DNA of 64,000 nt from Rhynchobatus australiae (taxonomy: Eukaryota). Numbering within the stretch: the stretch's first letter is position 1; the number at the start of each line of letters is the position of its first letter. Shown here in pieces: positions 13,440 through 26,257 of the stretch. Made by a program: the position numbers and the translations under genes. The stretch covers positions 82,473,988 through 82,537,987 of the forward strand of contig JAUZTB010000127.1 of the NCBI GenBank assembly GCA_034780895.1, written 5' to 3'. Under the pieces are notes generated by a model that saw nothing but the letters and a program-made list of their open reading frames with translations, was not told the DNA's origin and searched no databases.

Positions 13440-14930
13440 CCACATCTCCTCCTTCAGGACTGAAGACAGGAAAAGGGGAAGCCCAATATATTGGGGGGGG
13501 GGGGGAGTAAACAAAGCANNNNNNNNNNNNNNNNNNNNNNNNNNNNNNNNNNNNNNNNNNNNNNNNNNNNNNNNNNNNNNNNNNNNNNNNNNNNNNNNNN
13601 NNNNNNNNNNNNNNNNNNNNNNNNNNNNNNNNNNNNNNNNNNNNNNNNNNNNAAAGCAGTGATAGGTGGACAAAAGAGGAGAGGCGGGGTGGGCACAGGT
13701 TGGTGATAGGCAGAGAAGGGGAGAGCAGATCCATCAGGGGATGAGGCAAAGGTATGGAGGCAGGTAGCAGATGGGGAGGGGAGGGGACGAGAAGAAAGAG
13801 AGAAAAAAGCAAGTGCAAAAAAAAGAGTGAGGTTAGGAAAAGGAAGAAGAGGCATGGTGGGGGGTTGGGTGACTTAAAGTGGGAGAATTCAATGTTCATC
13901 CCATTAGGCTGCAAGGTTCCAAGACAGAAAGTGTGCCGTTCCTCCAGTTTGCCTGTGGACTTCTTTCAGCAGTGGTGGAGGCCAAGGACTGATATATCAG
14001 TGATGGAGGGGGAGTTGAAGTGACTGGCAATCGGGAGATGCAGTTACAGACAGAGCATAGGCATTCTACAGAACAGTCACCTCGTTTGTGTTTGGTCTCA
14101 GCGAAGTAGGAGGCCACACTTGGAGCACCAAATGCAGTAAATGATATAGAGCGAGGTGCAGGTAAATCTCTGCCTCACCTGAAAGGACTGTTTGGGTCCC
14201 TGGATGGAGGTGATGTGAGGGCAGGTGTTACATATATGGTGGGGGCAGTGGAAAGTCCCTGGGATGGAAGGGGAGGGAGAAATGAACTAGGGAATCATGG
14301 AGACAGCTGTCCCTAAGAAAGGCTAAGAGGAGTGGGGAGGGGAAGATATGCTTGGTGGTGGGGTCCTGTTGATTATGACAGAAGTGGCAGAGAATGATTT
14401 GTTGGATACATAGGCTGGTGGGATGAAATGTGAGGACGAGGGGGACCCTGTCCCTGTTGGTTCTGGGAGGGGTGGGAGTGAGAGCAGAAGCGCAGGAAAT
14501 GGAAAAGATGCCTCTCTTTCTTTCTCCTCACCTTTCTTCCCCCCTCTCTTTTTCCTCTCCACCCCTCCCCCATGCTGCCTGCCTCCACATCTTTGACCCA
14601 TCCCCTGGTGGACCTGCTCTCCCTTCCTCCCCCGGTAGATCTGCTCTCCCTTCCTGCCCCGCACCTGCCTATCACCATCTCTTACCTGCATCTACCTATC
14701 ACCATCCTGTGCCCACCCTACCTCCCCTCTTTTATCCACCAGTCACTGCTCTGCTTTTCCTTCCTATATATTAGAAAAAGGGGAAGCCAATCTTCAGTCC
14801 TGAAGAAGGGTCCTGGCCTGAAATGTTGACCGCTTGCTTTTCTGCAATGGATGCTGCCTGCCCTGCTGAGTTCCTCCAGCATCATTGTGTTTTTCATCTA
14901 GATTCCAGCATCTTCAGTCGTTGGTTTTAA
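13440..14930 (-). mobile_element. 5'-truncated Penelope-like retroelement: decayed GIY-YIG endonuclease region between oppositely oriented terminal repeats
   Basis: Minus-strand frameshifted motifs VPLVLTFHP (~14450), QRFTCTS..IIYCIWCSKCGL..YFAETK (~14180-14090) and LQPNGMNIEF (~13915-13885). One terminal repeat lies at ~13440-13860 (minus) and an inverted copy at ~14510-14925 (plus). Confidence 0.88.
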
Positions 14931-15794
14931 CTGTTTTATATACCACTAGTTTATGGAGGAGTGTAATTAATTGTTCTCTGTCCAAGTACAGTGATGATAG
15001 GGGACAAGTGACAGGAAATACATCATGCTCCCATCAGCTTGCTTGCTGTNNNNAGATCTTACTTGTTCATAATAGGCAGCCAATGTCATTTGCAGTCAAA
15101 CGTGTTTGCTGGAGGACAGTAGTGGCTTTGCAAATGCCCCCTGCATCTCAGGTTTGACACAGCCTTCAGTTTCCTTATGAAATCTGCTTCTGCTCACGTG
15201 CTTCAATCTATTGTTTTTTTTAAATTTGAAAAATCTTCTAAAGAGGTATAAGACCCTAACAATCCTTTTGTCTATGTTCTGACGGTCCAACTATCAAGCC
15301 ATGATACCAATCATTTATAATGAAAGAATAGATGCATCGTGAAGATTGATGTGTTGGTTAAATTATTTTACATACCAACAATCTCCACTAATTTGAAACC
15401 AATTAGTTAAAGCCCCTGGAACTAATCTTTTCTGCTGTATATACTGGACTATCAAGGTAATTCCAAAGAAAGTATCCATTTTGGAATGAGGGGAATGCAA
15501 GATGTTGGTACAGTTGTACATGTATCCCACACTTTGGTGGGAGGTTTATAGCCTGAAACATTAACTGTTTCCCTCTGCCCACCAGTTGCGTGACCTGCCA
15601 AGTATTTCCCTCACTTTGATTTAATTTCAGCCTTCCAGCATCAGCAGTACTTTGCTCATGTATTTCACAGTCTGCTTCCACAGTTTCAAAATAAACTACA
15701 TTCCTTGAGCATTGCATTAATTTTTCTTATAAAAAGGAAACAATTTATTCAAAAATACTTTGAAGGAGCACCAAGACCAATACCTACATCCGCA

Positions 15795-16525
15795 ACTGAA
15801 ATAAAAACAGAAAAATTGCTGGGAATACTCAGGTCTGGCCACAGCTGTGGGAAGAGAAGCAGAGTCAACGTATCAGTTAGAAGACCCTTCATCAGAACTG
15901 CAAAGGAGACAAAAGTAGCTTATTAAACTGCAGGGAGGTTGTCTCCGAATAAAATCAGGATAGCCATGGGGATAAGCTGTAAACAATAGAATGTGGACAA
16001 AAGAACATTGACAAAAGAATGCAAGAATTGAGAAACGCAGAACAGGATGACGTGTCTGGCAGGTCACCACAAACAAGCGGAGCCAGTATTGCAGGTGGAC
16101 AACTGACAGAGAGAAATTCAGATATTTCTGTATCTTGATATTGGCTCAGCTCATTTGCTTTCTTCCCCCCCCCCCCCNNNNNNNNNNNNNNNNNNGAAGG
16201 ACATGCCAGCCTCTCCTGCTGGTCATGTTTTCCTCCTCTGCATTTCAGTTCCCTCATCCTTTTATCTATGTTCTCACTCTCTAACTGCTCCCATTCACTC
16301 ATTGACCAGATCCCCATTGTCACCTTAGTTTTACCCTACAGAGACATCTCCTCTTCCCCACCCTCCTTGCAGTTTAACAAGCTTCTTCTGTCTCCTTCCC
16401 AGTTCTGCCTAACAGTCTTTGACCTGAGAAGTCAACTCTTCTTCCCACAGGCATGGTCTGACCTACTGAGCATTTCCAGCATTTTCCGTTTTTATTTTAG
16501 ATTTCCAGCATCTGCAGTTTGTTGT
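15795..16525. mobile_element. Non-autonomous PLE derivative with inverted terminal-repeat arms
   Basis: Left arm ctgaaataaaaacagaaaaattgctggg... is the reverse complement of right arm ...ttccagcattttccgtttttattttagatttccagcatctgcag. Each arm has a degenerate hammerhead-like motif. Confidence 0.65.
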
Positions 16526-18210
16526 TGTTTTTTTTAAATCCACAACTGACTTCAGAAATTTTATGGGGGAAAAAAAAATCTGATCAAATGGGAAAAAGCA
16601 GGGGAATAAAGATACAAAGGATCTGTGCTCCTTGAGCAGACTCTGAATTTAGAATTAAAAAGCACATTAGTTAGAAGAGAAAGAGTTATAATTAAAAAGC
16701 AAAGATTAACTGTTCCCATGGTGATCACCCAGCAGTGAGAGACTCTTGCACATTTCTGCAGTACTCCACTTGACTTGAAAAGAATAAAATTGCTTTTTCC
16801 TTAGCTCCCTAAATATGTATTTTGATTCTTATGGCAAGGAGAGTACAAAAATTACCCTAAATTTTAATCCCCAGAGCCTAACATTATTTCACATATGACG
16901 ATGATTCATACTGGCCTGGTGCATGTGCTGCTTTAACTGATTCATTCCTCTACGTTCCAAAAGGAACCTATGGCTCAGGCCTTCCCTTACCCAGCCGTGT
17001 TTGCCTATCGTTGTCCGCTCACCCAAACCCCACTTCTACCAGTGAACGTGTCTCCTGACAATCACATCTTCTGCGTCCTTGGCTAGGACCATCTGCTTCG
17101 CTCTCCTGACATCCCTTTTCCAGCCCGACATCAGGACACTGGAATAAAAACAGCCAAGTCTGGCAGCAACAATGCCCCAGAACCCATGAAGGGATACTCA
17201 TCTGAAACTTTAATCGTTTCTCACACTGCTTAAGCTGCCAGGCTCTTTCCACATTTGCTCGCTTTATTTCACTCCAGCATCTGTGTCTCATTGTCATTTT
17301 GACATGAAATTCAAGTGGGAGTCAGGGCTGACATATTGAAATGAGTCCCTTCAAGTTAAAATAACCTAAACATTGATCAGCCTCATCTTCATCCCCATTG
17401 GGAGCTAATATTGCCGAGCATAAAAAACAGAGGAAATCCCTGGTTGTCTACTCAGAATTTTACTGCACTCAGAGCAAAGAAATCTCCAATAGATAAGCAA
17501 CACCACTTGTTGGGAATGGAACCTTTTTCAATTCACATCAGTTAGTATTAAAATGGAATATTTTGGCTAGGTCATTAATGAGTTTCATGTAGAATCCATC
17601 TCTATTCCTCTTGATCCCAACTAAATCAGTAGCCCCTGTTGCTCCTATACAAGAGTTTCATTTCCCACTTGGACACCCTNNNNNNNNNNNNNNNNNNNNN
17701 NNNNNNNNNNNNNNNNNNNNNNNNNNNNNNNNNNNNNNNNNNNNNNNNNNNNNNNNNNNNNNNNNNNNNNNNNNNNNNNNNNNNNNNNNNNNNNNNNNNN
17801 NNNNNNNNNNNNNNNNNNNNNNNNNNNNNNNNNNNNNNNNNNNNNNNNNNNNNNNNNNNNNNNNNNNNNNNNNNNNNNNNNNNNNNNNNNNNNNNNNNNN
17901 NNNNNNNNNNNNNNNNNNNNNNNNNNNNNNNNNNNNNNNNNNNNNNNNNNNNNNNNNNNNNNNNNNNNNNNNNNNNNNNNNNNNNNNNNNNNNNNNNNNN
18001 NNNNNNNNNNNNNNNNNNNNNNNNNGTGGGGAGGAGGAAGAAACCAAATAGCAGAATAGAAGATCCACTTATCTGCTAGAAATGATTATCTGCAAAACGT
18101 AAGAGTTCCATAAACAGAATAATTAATCTGGAATTCACCAACTTCCATGCGTTATTTGAGAGGACAGATTCAAGTTAGTCAATCAGCCTTTTGCTTGGTT
18201 TCATACTCAC

Positions 18211-18248
18211 CAGAGCATTTCCTGCTATGTATCCATCAGCTGGTTTAT
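18211..18248 (-). CDS. PAK3: PAK3 coding exon 4 (38 nt)
   Basis: (D)KPADGYIAGNAL, compare human DKSAHGYIAAHPS. Acceptor taacctttacag, donor CTG|GTGAGT. Its phase 1-to-0 length restores the frame between the flanking exons. Confidence 0.92.
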
Positions 18249-19739
18249 CTGTAAAGGTTAAAAAATATATTGCATATGTTGATTCATACAAGAATTATTG
18301 TCACTCTTTTTCAAACCACACAATATATTCTACAAATACTTCATTATCTTTGATGATTGATCTGATTTTCAAAATCAGATGAGAAATGTTTTTAGAAATG
18401 AGAAATAGTAGTTTGGCCCAAGTCCATCTCTTTTTAGTTGATCTCACTATAGTCCTGTATCCTGCCTCGCTCCAGGAACACATCTCACTGCCTTCAATGG
18501 CCTTCCTTTGTAACACAGAAATTTTACAATGTTCTGCATATCTCAAAATCCCGAGATGTGCACTCACTGTTTAATCAACATTCACAAACAAAAGCTACTA
18601 TTATCAAGCATAAGCTTGCAACACTTTTGATACTGAGGTAAAAAAAGGTTACAAGACTGTTCAGCTCTGGAGTTCGACTTTCTTCCCCTTATTAATCTCT
18701 TATCATTGAGGTTGCTTAGAAATTTGCTCTCACATTAGTTACTCACTTTATGTGATTTCACCTATCAAACTACTGTGGTTATTTTGTTGTGACAGCACAC
18801 TCTGTACTGTGATATTTCTGGTACTTCAGTGCATGCTATGTACCTTAAGCAAAAATAAATTAGTGCTGGTTCTAAACTTGGAGTAAACTAACTTTTAGAC
18901 TATTGTTTAAAAGTTAATTTACTCCAAACATAGAGCATGCACTATTTTGATGTGGAAGTGTCTGCTTAACACTGCCTCAGGGTCATGAGACTCCATTAAA
19001 TCACATGGTTTAGATTTTGGTTTCAGTGTCAAGAACAGTTTCAAAACAAAAACAAAACTCAAAAATAATCCAGGAACTGCTGATGTTTGGTCATTCCCAC
19101 AGTATACAAGTTATTAGTTACCGAAAATTATAAGTACTTCTCATGAAGCTCTCACCTGGTCTGTATGTAAATTCTAATGAGTTACTCCTCTTTTTTTTCC
19201 CCCCCCCACTCTAAACCTTTAATTCTCCTTCCTGAAGTAATTACTTGCAGTTTCACTCGTTTCATCAGCCCTCCAGTCCCATATTCAAGTGCTAGTCTTG
19301 ATGTGGGAACCTTGGCAATGAGTGAAACCACCCCTTTATACGACAAGGAGCTTTCCAGCTTGATGCATTCCACTCCTTCACCCAACTGCCCTCATCATTG
19401 ACCTTCCAGGATGAGTAGTTGGTTCATAATTAGCAGAATTAAACCAGGCTAATTTTCTTTATTCTCCCATTGAGGACATGGAGACCAATTATATTGCTCT
19501 CATAATTATTCCTGTTGAGACTGATTCATTCACCAAGTCTTTGACTTTAAGGTGGTAGCACTGATAGCTTCTCAGGAACTAGGTTCTGGGATTACCCTCC
19601 CGACCTCCTGCTGCTCTTCAAAATCTTTTTGACCTTTTGTCCCATACTTCATGTTGCTCAGTGTCAAATTTTATTCAATAAACCTAATGTTAATCTAATA
19701 ATCTCTAACAATGTTCCTATTTATTAGAGTATTTGAAAG

Positions 19740-19830
19740 AACATAGTACAGTACAGGCCCTTCGGCCCACAATGTTGTGCCGACATTTTATCCTGCTCTA
19801 TCTAACCCTTCCCTTCCACATAGCCCCCTA
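19740..19830 (-). mobile_element. CR1/HER1 extreme 3' tail fragment
   Basis: cagtacaggcccttcggcccacaatgttgtgccga is the near reverse complement of 30510-30545. Confidence 0.75.
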
Positions 19831-22800
19831 TTAAACATTAGATGGAGAAACAGGATTTCCTCTGATGGGCAAATCTTGGGCATGGAACATAGTTTTAGCA
19901 CTAGAACGCCCAAACGTGATGTTAACAAACACTTGTACAAAAGCAGAAATTAGGAAAGTTCCTTCCTAAAAAGCTGTTGACAAATGGATCAAGTGAAAAT
20001 TTCAAAACTGAGATTGACAGATTTTTGTTGGCAAGATGCAAACTGCTCTTTTACATCTCAGACTCATAACAAAATGAATGAACAAAATGAACAGTGGGTA
20101 ATTTGACCGAGTGTCAAAAGGTACAAACTGGGCAGCTTGGCAAACAGACCCCCTGGTGAAGCTTTCTGAGACCCGTCCCTGTTCTTTTGCAATTTTCAAG
20201 CAGGTACTAAACTCGGGCAACACAGCTTGCAAGATGGAAAATTTGCACTTACTATTAAGCATTTTCAGCTACAAAACAAATGCTTCCTGGGTTATTATCA
20301 CCAGGAAGCAAAGTCTGGGGAGAGGAGCAACTAATGAGAGATTGGACAGAGCAGTGTGCACTCAGCAGGACAGGTAGAATGCTGCCATATTAACCATCAC
20401 CATTCATCTGCCACCAGTCATATGTAGAATTAATTGGGTTCAGAATTGCTATAAAAGCACCCAATTTCCCCACCAAAATTCCAAAAGCTTCATGTGAAAG
20501 CTAATCATTTAGCTTTTGTCTCAAGAAAAAGAAAAATTTGCTTATTTGTCAACTACAAGTCTAGCATTTTAACAGATCAGTACACCTTTCAAGTTTCCTT
20601 TCAGGGAAGCTAAGTGACAAAACACAAAATAGAATTTGGTTTCCATTGTACATTGGAGGTTTCAAATTTGATCATGTTCAGTTCCTCAAAAATCGTAATT
20701 TCTTCAATTGTGTCAAAATTGAAATCTTAACAATATTATAACTCCTGGGAATGATCATATACATCTGAACTTTTTATTTGCATATTTGAAATGTAAACAA
20801 GTCATCTAAGCAAGGAAGGATCAACTGTACTATGATATCCTCAAACACAGCAGCAGAGATCACAAATACAATTACCCGGGAACCTATACTCCCTCCAAAG
20901 ATCACAATGGAATCCAATAATTTGATCCATACAGCTCCCCGCCTAAATAAAGACTGCAAGGGAATCCGATGGACATGGCCCTTTCCCCAATCTGCAAGGG
21001 AATTCTATGCTCATAGTTGTCAACCAAAACACGTGCACATGCAGCCTCCCCCTACCTGCACCTGCAACAGATCAGAGGCATCCCTTCCGACGCCACAAAG
21101 TTTAGAAACATTTTGTGTACACATTGACCTTTATGGTTTCGGCATGCCTAAAACAAAATGTTAGTGGGATGCAAATCATGGATATGCTGAGCAGACCCAT
21201 TACAAATCATCTGTGCATAGAACTTTCTGGCAGGGTGCAAAATCTGATCCCACATATGTCGAGATCTTGTGTCTTTCTATAGACATGAATAAAATTCTTT
21301 GGAGCTATCTGAATGAGTCCAAATTCAGTTAGTTTTTTTTTTAAAGTTCATTTTTTGTTTCCAAATTAACTTTGCAGAGTTCATGCTTGGATCAGTCAGC
21401 ATCAGGACTGTCAATTTGGCACTCATCCCTAGGGATTCCCTTCTGCCTTTGGGGGGGNNNNNNNNNNNNNNNNNNNNNNNNNNNNNNNNNNNNNNNNNNN
21501 NNNNNNNNNNNNNNNNNNNNNNNNNNNNNNNNNNNNNNNNNNNNNNNNNNNNNNNNNGCCTTTTCCCCCCCCCCCCCCCTCAGTTTCATATCCTGTCTCC
21601 CAACTATTTACTTGTCAATTTCAAGTCAATGTCATAGATTCAAAAATCAGGCAACCAACCAGTTATCTCTGTGCACTTGTACTGCTTTAGAAGGGGGACC
21701 ATCAGAGAATAGACTGCTGCAATAAAATTCAAACAGCTTTTAAATGAAAAGTGATTGGAATGAGAAATTACAGAAAGTCTCATATGTATATGCTTGATAT
21801 AAATACTTTATTGATTACTTATTTCAATAAAGACATAAAATGACTGAAAGGAACACAGTTTGCAGGAGTGGGAACATGGGAAAGGGACTGGGAATTTGGC
21901 TTTAAATCAAAGAGCTACCTCTAAAATTTGTAATTTACGTTAAATCCATCAGTTTAAATAGAACAACTATAACCTATAGCAATATCGTCTTAAAGTGATA
22001 CCACCTTCATCAAGATGCATTTAGCAACAGTTTTTCTTTGCAAGCAAGTGACATAAATAATGCAAATCATATCAAATTTGCCACAATGTCCCTCAGCAAG
22101 TGGCATCATTGTGGTGAAAATGCAACATGTCTTTTGCCTCTTCTAAGAGATTTTCTCATCACTTCTCTGCAAGGCTATTGCCTTTAAATAGTTGAAAAAT
22201 AAATCATTGGTGATGTCTGACACTAAAATGCCTTCAACATGTATACACAATTTATTTGGTAATTTAGCCTTAAAATTCAAAACACCATACTCATCAATAC
22301 AATGTCACAGACCCAGCACCTCTGAGCTGTCACCTTGATTACATGTTCACTTATGCCATATTCTCCCTTTCCCTCAAAACATCCATTCTCCAACAAAAAG
22401 ATCAAGTATAAACATTTTAATAAAAATTCCAAAAACTCCAAATAACAGGCTACAATTAAATTTAATAATACTATACGGCCAGGTTTAATNNNNNNNNNNN
22501 NNNNNNNNNNNNNNNNNNNNNNNNNNNNNNNNNNNNNNNNNNNNNNNNNNNNNNNNNNNNNNNNNNNNNNNNNNNNNNNNNNNNNNNNNNNNNNNNNNNN
22601 NNNNNNNNNNNNNNNNNNNNNNNNNNNNNNNNNNNNNNCAAGGCAATTTACTTCTAGCTATTATCCTGAATACAACTGCCATCATTCTTACTCCAAGCAT
22701 CAGAACTAGCAATTGTTGCCCTGTATGTAATATTTATATTCATTGAAATTCCCAGTAAAGCATACTGTACAATTTTTTGACTTAATGTGCTCCTCCCACC

Positions 22801-23869
22801 ACATTACATTGACATGTGGGTCATTTTATAACCGAGCATTGACAAAATGAAAGCATGTAGGCGCAGTAAGAAGGCTGTCTGCAAATTGATGAAATAATGA
22901 TACCTACACAGAAGGTACAAATGAACAATGACGGGCTCAAGATGCCATTTAGGAACAGAGTGTGTCATGATGACTTTGGGCAATATGAAATCAGCCACCC
23001 ATTGGATCTTTCTTCAACTCTACGGAAGTCAATGCAAAGGAAAATCAGGAGAGACCTATTACAGGCAGCTGGGGCAATAATTCCTGTTACTGGCCAAAGT
23101 CATCATCACCCTTAGAGTCTATGATTTGAAGTGCAAAAGCTGCAGGCCTTCAATGATACAAATTTCTACTGTCAGGTGGCATGGCAGTGTAGCATTTTGG
23201 AACACCAACACTTGATGCTACTCAGGGGATGAAGGTGCTATCCCCCTACTTTTCTGGATTCCTCTAATTCCTTCTGCAAAGTGGAACCTCAAAAGGGAAA
23301 GGGGAGGGAAGAAACAAGCAGAAGAAGTGAAGTGATTGTAGCACTCTTAAATACCTCTTACTGGTTGGTACAAGAGTGGCACAGAGGGAAGCCTGGGAGC
23401 AGAATGTAAATCTCACCATCGCAGCAAAAGGACAGAGAGAAAAAAAACAATAACAATTACAGAATAACAGCGGCTGAAATTTTTGTTTTCACTAACTTTA
23501 GCAGAAATGCAATTGCAAGTATGAAGTAGCAGAATATTGTTTTACATTCACATCTACTCCTTTAAAATCAACCAATACTGGAACTTCAGATCTAAAGTTA
23601 TTCAAAAATTAAGGCAGTGAGTTTACACACCTGAATTAAAAAGTCTATCCAGGGATGGAAGTCTCACTCTGCCACCCATGAGGGACCTCTAGATGGTCTT
23701 TATCCGGTTTGTAATGAGTACAGGCTCAGAAAAATAAATGCCTTTCAGTTAAAGAGGCAATGCTGATTTGGGTGAAAATGTAGCCATCACTATAACTGAC
23801 CCTAAGTACACTACTAGGTTCTTACGGGGTTGGCCAACGGCTACTCTCTTTGGCATGATTCAGGAATAC

Positions 23870-24080
23870 AGCATCAATAATGGGCATTGTGGTGGCAGTA
23901 GTGGGATGGGGGCAAGCATCAATAAATGGGTATTGTGGTGGCAGTAGTGGGACGGGAGCAGNNNNNNNNNNNNNNNNNNNNNNNNNNNNNNNNNNNNNNN
24001 NNNNNNNNNNNNNNNNNNNNNNNNNNNNNNNNNNNNNNNNNNNNNNNNNNNNNNNNNNNNNGTAGTGGGAGGGGAGCAGT
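23870..24080. repeat. Minisatellite with ~45-bp unit spanning a gap
   Basis: agcatcaataa(a)tggg(c/t)attgtggtggcagtagtggga occurs twice before the N-run, and a partial unit follows it. Confidence 0.75.
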
Positions 24081-24749
24081 GGGGTGGGGTGGGAGGGGGG
24101 TTAGGGAGATTTTTGGTTGGTTTAAAAAAATCTGCAAATCTGATCATAAACATTAGTATCCTGTTAAAGTCCAGAGAAATTCCTCCTATCTAAAGTTGAA
24201 ACATTTTTCAGTCCATTGACACACTCCCAGACTGGCAAAGAGAATTTTCCCAAGAAAATCTGACATTCAATTATTTCTTAAGTTTAGTTCTAACTTACTA
24301 TGAAACACCACTTCTACTGCACTAAATATATTCATATTGTGATGGAAGCTCAGTACTTTGAGCAAAACATATTTACCTCAATAACATGTTAATAAATGGC
24401 ATGTAGCTGAAATAATCCAAACAGCGGAGCACATGTGAGCATAACCTTTTCATGAGAACTGCTTGCTAGGTTCTTGGTTAGGACTGCTGACGATATGGCA
24501 AATTCCTTTCATGTTCACAAAACCATCACTAGGACTTGCAGAAACTGTCTTTCAGTTAACACGTTCTCTGTTGCGACCAGCACAGAATCTGAACGAATGT
24601 GGCAGTTGAAGTTGCACACCAGCCCACAGAATGAGCCAAAATGTAATCGTATCCTGAAGGAACCCTCTTCAGTTGTTGGAAATCAATAGAAAGCTCCAAC
24701 CATCTTCACATCTCTACTCACCATAAAACTCTATTTAAAAAAAACTTTT

Positions 24750-25340
24750 GTTTTCCCCTCATCGTCCCACCTTCTTTTACTTTCCTCCTCTTTCAACCCT
24801 CACCTTCTCTCCAGCTTTTTTCCACCCCTCATATCTCTTCTTTCTTTCCATCCTTTCCCCTTCTCCCACTCCTCCCAGCTTGCAGTCACATTTCANNNNN
24901 NNNNNNNNNNNNNNNNNNNNNNNNNNNNNNNNNNNNNNNNNNNNNNNNNNNNNNNNNNNNNNNNNNNNNNNNNNNNNNNNNNNNNNNCCCAGCTTGCAGT
25001 CACCTTTCATCTTTTCTCCTTTGCCTTCTTTTACTTTCCTTCCCCAATTCTTCCTCGTCTAATGCTTCTACTCCCCCCACTCTCACTACATTCTTCATCA
25101 TCTTTCCTGCTTTGTTCTCAATTCTTCCCCTTTTCCCAATCCCCTCCCAAATCACCATCCCTTTCCTTAGTCTCTTATCCCAGTCTGTAATCCTTTTCCT
25201 ATTCTCACCCTGCCTTGCTCTCCTCTGAGCCAGTAATTCTTTCACCCCTTCCCCATCACTTCATCCTTAATGCCCACTTTCCTCACTTGACCTCACCTCC
25301 TTTCCCCTCCCATCTACCTCATCTCTTCCTTAGTCCAATT
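24750..25340. repeat. Low-complexity polypyrimidine/polypurine tract
   Basis: About 600 bp of mostly C/T on the plus strand. cccagcttgcagtcac is repeated on both sides of the internal gap. Confidence 0.7.
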
Positions 25341-26092
25341 CACTACCATTTACTTGCCTTGCTTATATTAAAAAAGTGCCTTGGTTTGGAGTTTGTGTGT
25401 GTAACATTGGGAGTAATTGACTGGGATATATAAAATGTTTTAACTACATGCTCATAATTTATTGTTTGCTACTTTTCTAGAGAAAATCCATTAATGGGAT
25501 AGAAATTTGTCCTCAGTTGCTTGCATTAAAAGTGCATGCTCTTTCCCCTCAGCTCCTGAAATTCANNNNNNNNNNNNNNNNNNNNNNNNNNNNNNNNNNN
25601 NNNNNNNNNNNNNNNNNNNNNNNNNNNNNNNNNNNNNNNNNNNNNNNNNNNNNNNNNNNNNNNNNTGTACATTAAAGTTAACAGATCTGAATTTGAAGCA
25701 GAGTATTACATCCATATACAACTACATTGCATGTAGCATACGTGACAGAGGGTGGATTTCTATCCCAATGTATTGAGTATAATTTTGCAGAATATTATGG
25801 ATTCACAGGTGTTAGGTTTAAAGTTGGTGTTTTTTTTCCTGCACCACACTGCCTTTCCACAACTGTTCAGTCACTAAACAGAAAAAAGACTTCATTCAAT
25901 AGGTTACAGTCAAAAAAAAACTTATAGTTTAAATGACAAGGTCAGTACAAAAAAATAACATTAACAATATTTGGCAATGAATTTCATTGGTTTTCAATCT
26001 TAAGGTTCTATAGACATTTAAAAGCTGTACATTCAAAATCTCATTTGATGGCGTTTGAGGTTATTCTCAGGGCTTTTACACAAGAGAGATTA

Positions 26093-26257
<165 letters not shown>

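Noticed and set aside
19156-19173. Possible 18-nt exon ending CAG|GTGAGA
   Set aside because: The donor is good but the acceptor context is purine-rich and weak, with no other support.
23355-23392. 38-nt AG...GT-bounded segment of the same size as coding exon 4 (possible mutually exclusive exon)
   Set aside because: It has an in-frame TAA, a weak donor (GTATTT) and no peptide similarity to exon 4.
23870-24080. Spaced repeat resembling a CRISPR-like array
   Set aside because: Units are contiguous without unique spacers, in a vertebrate intron; an ordinary minisatellite.
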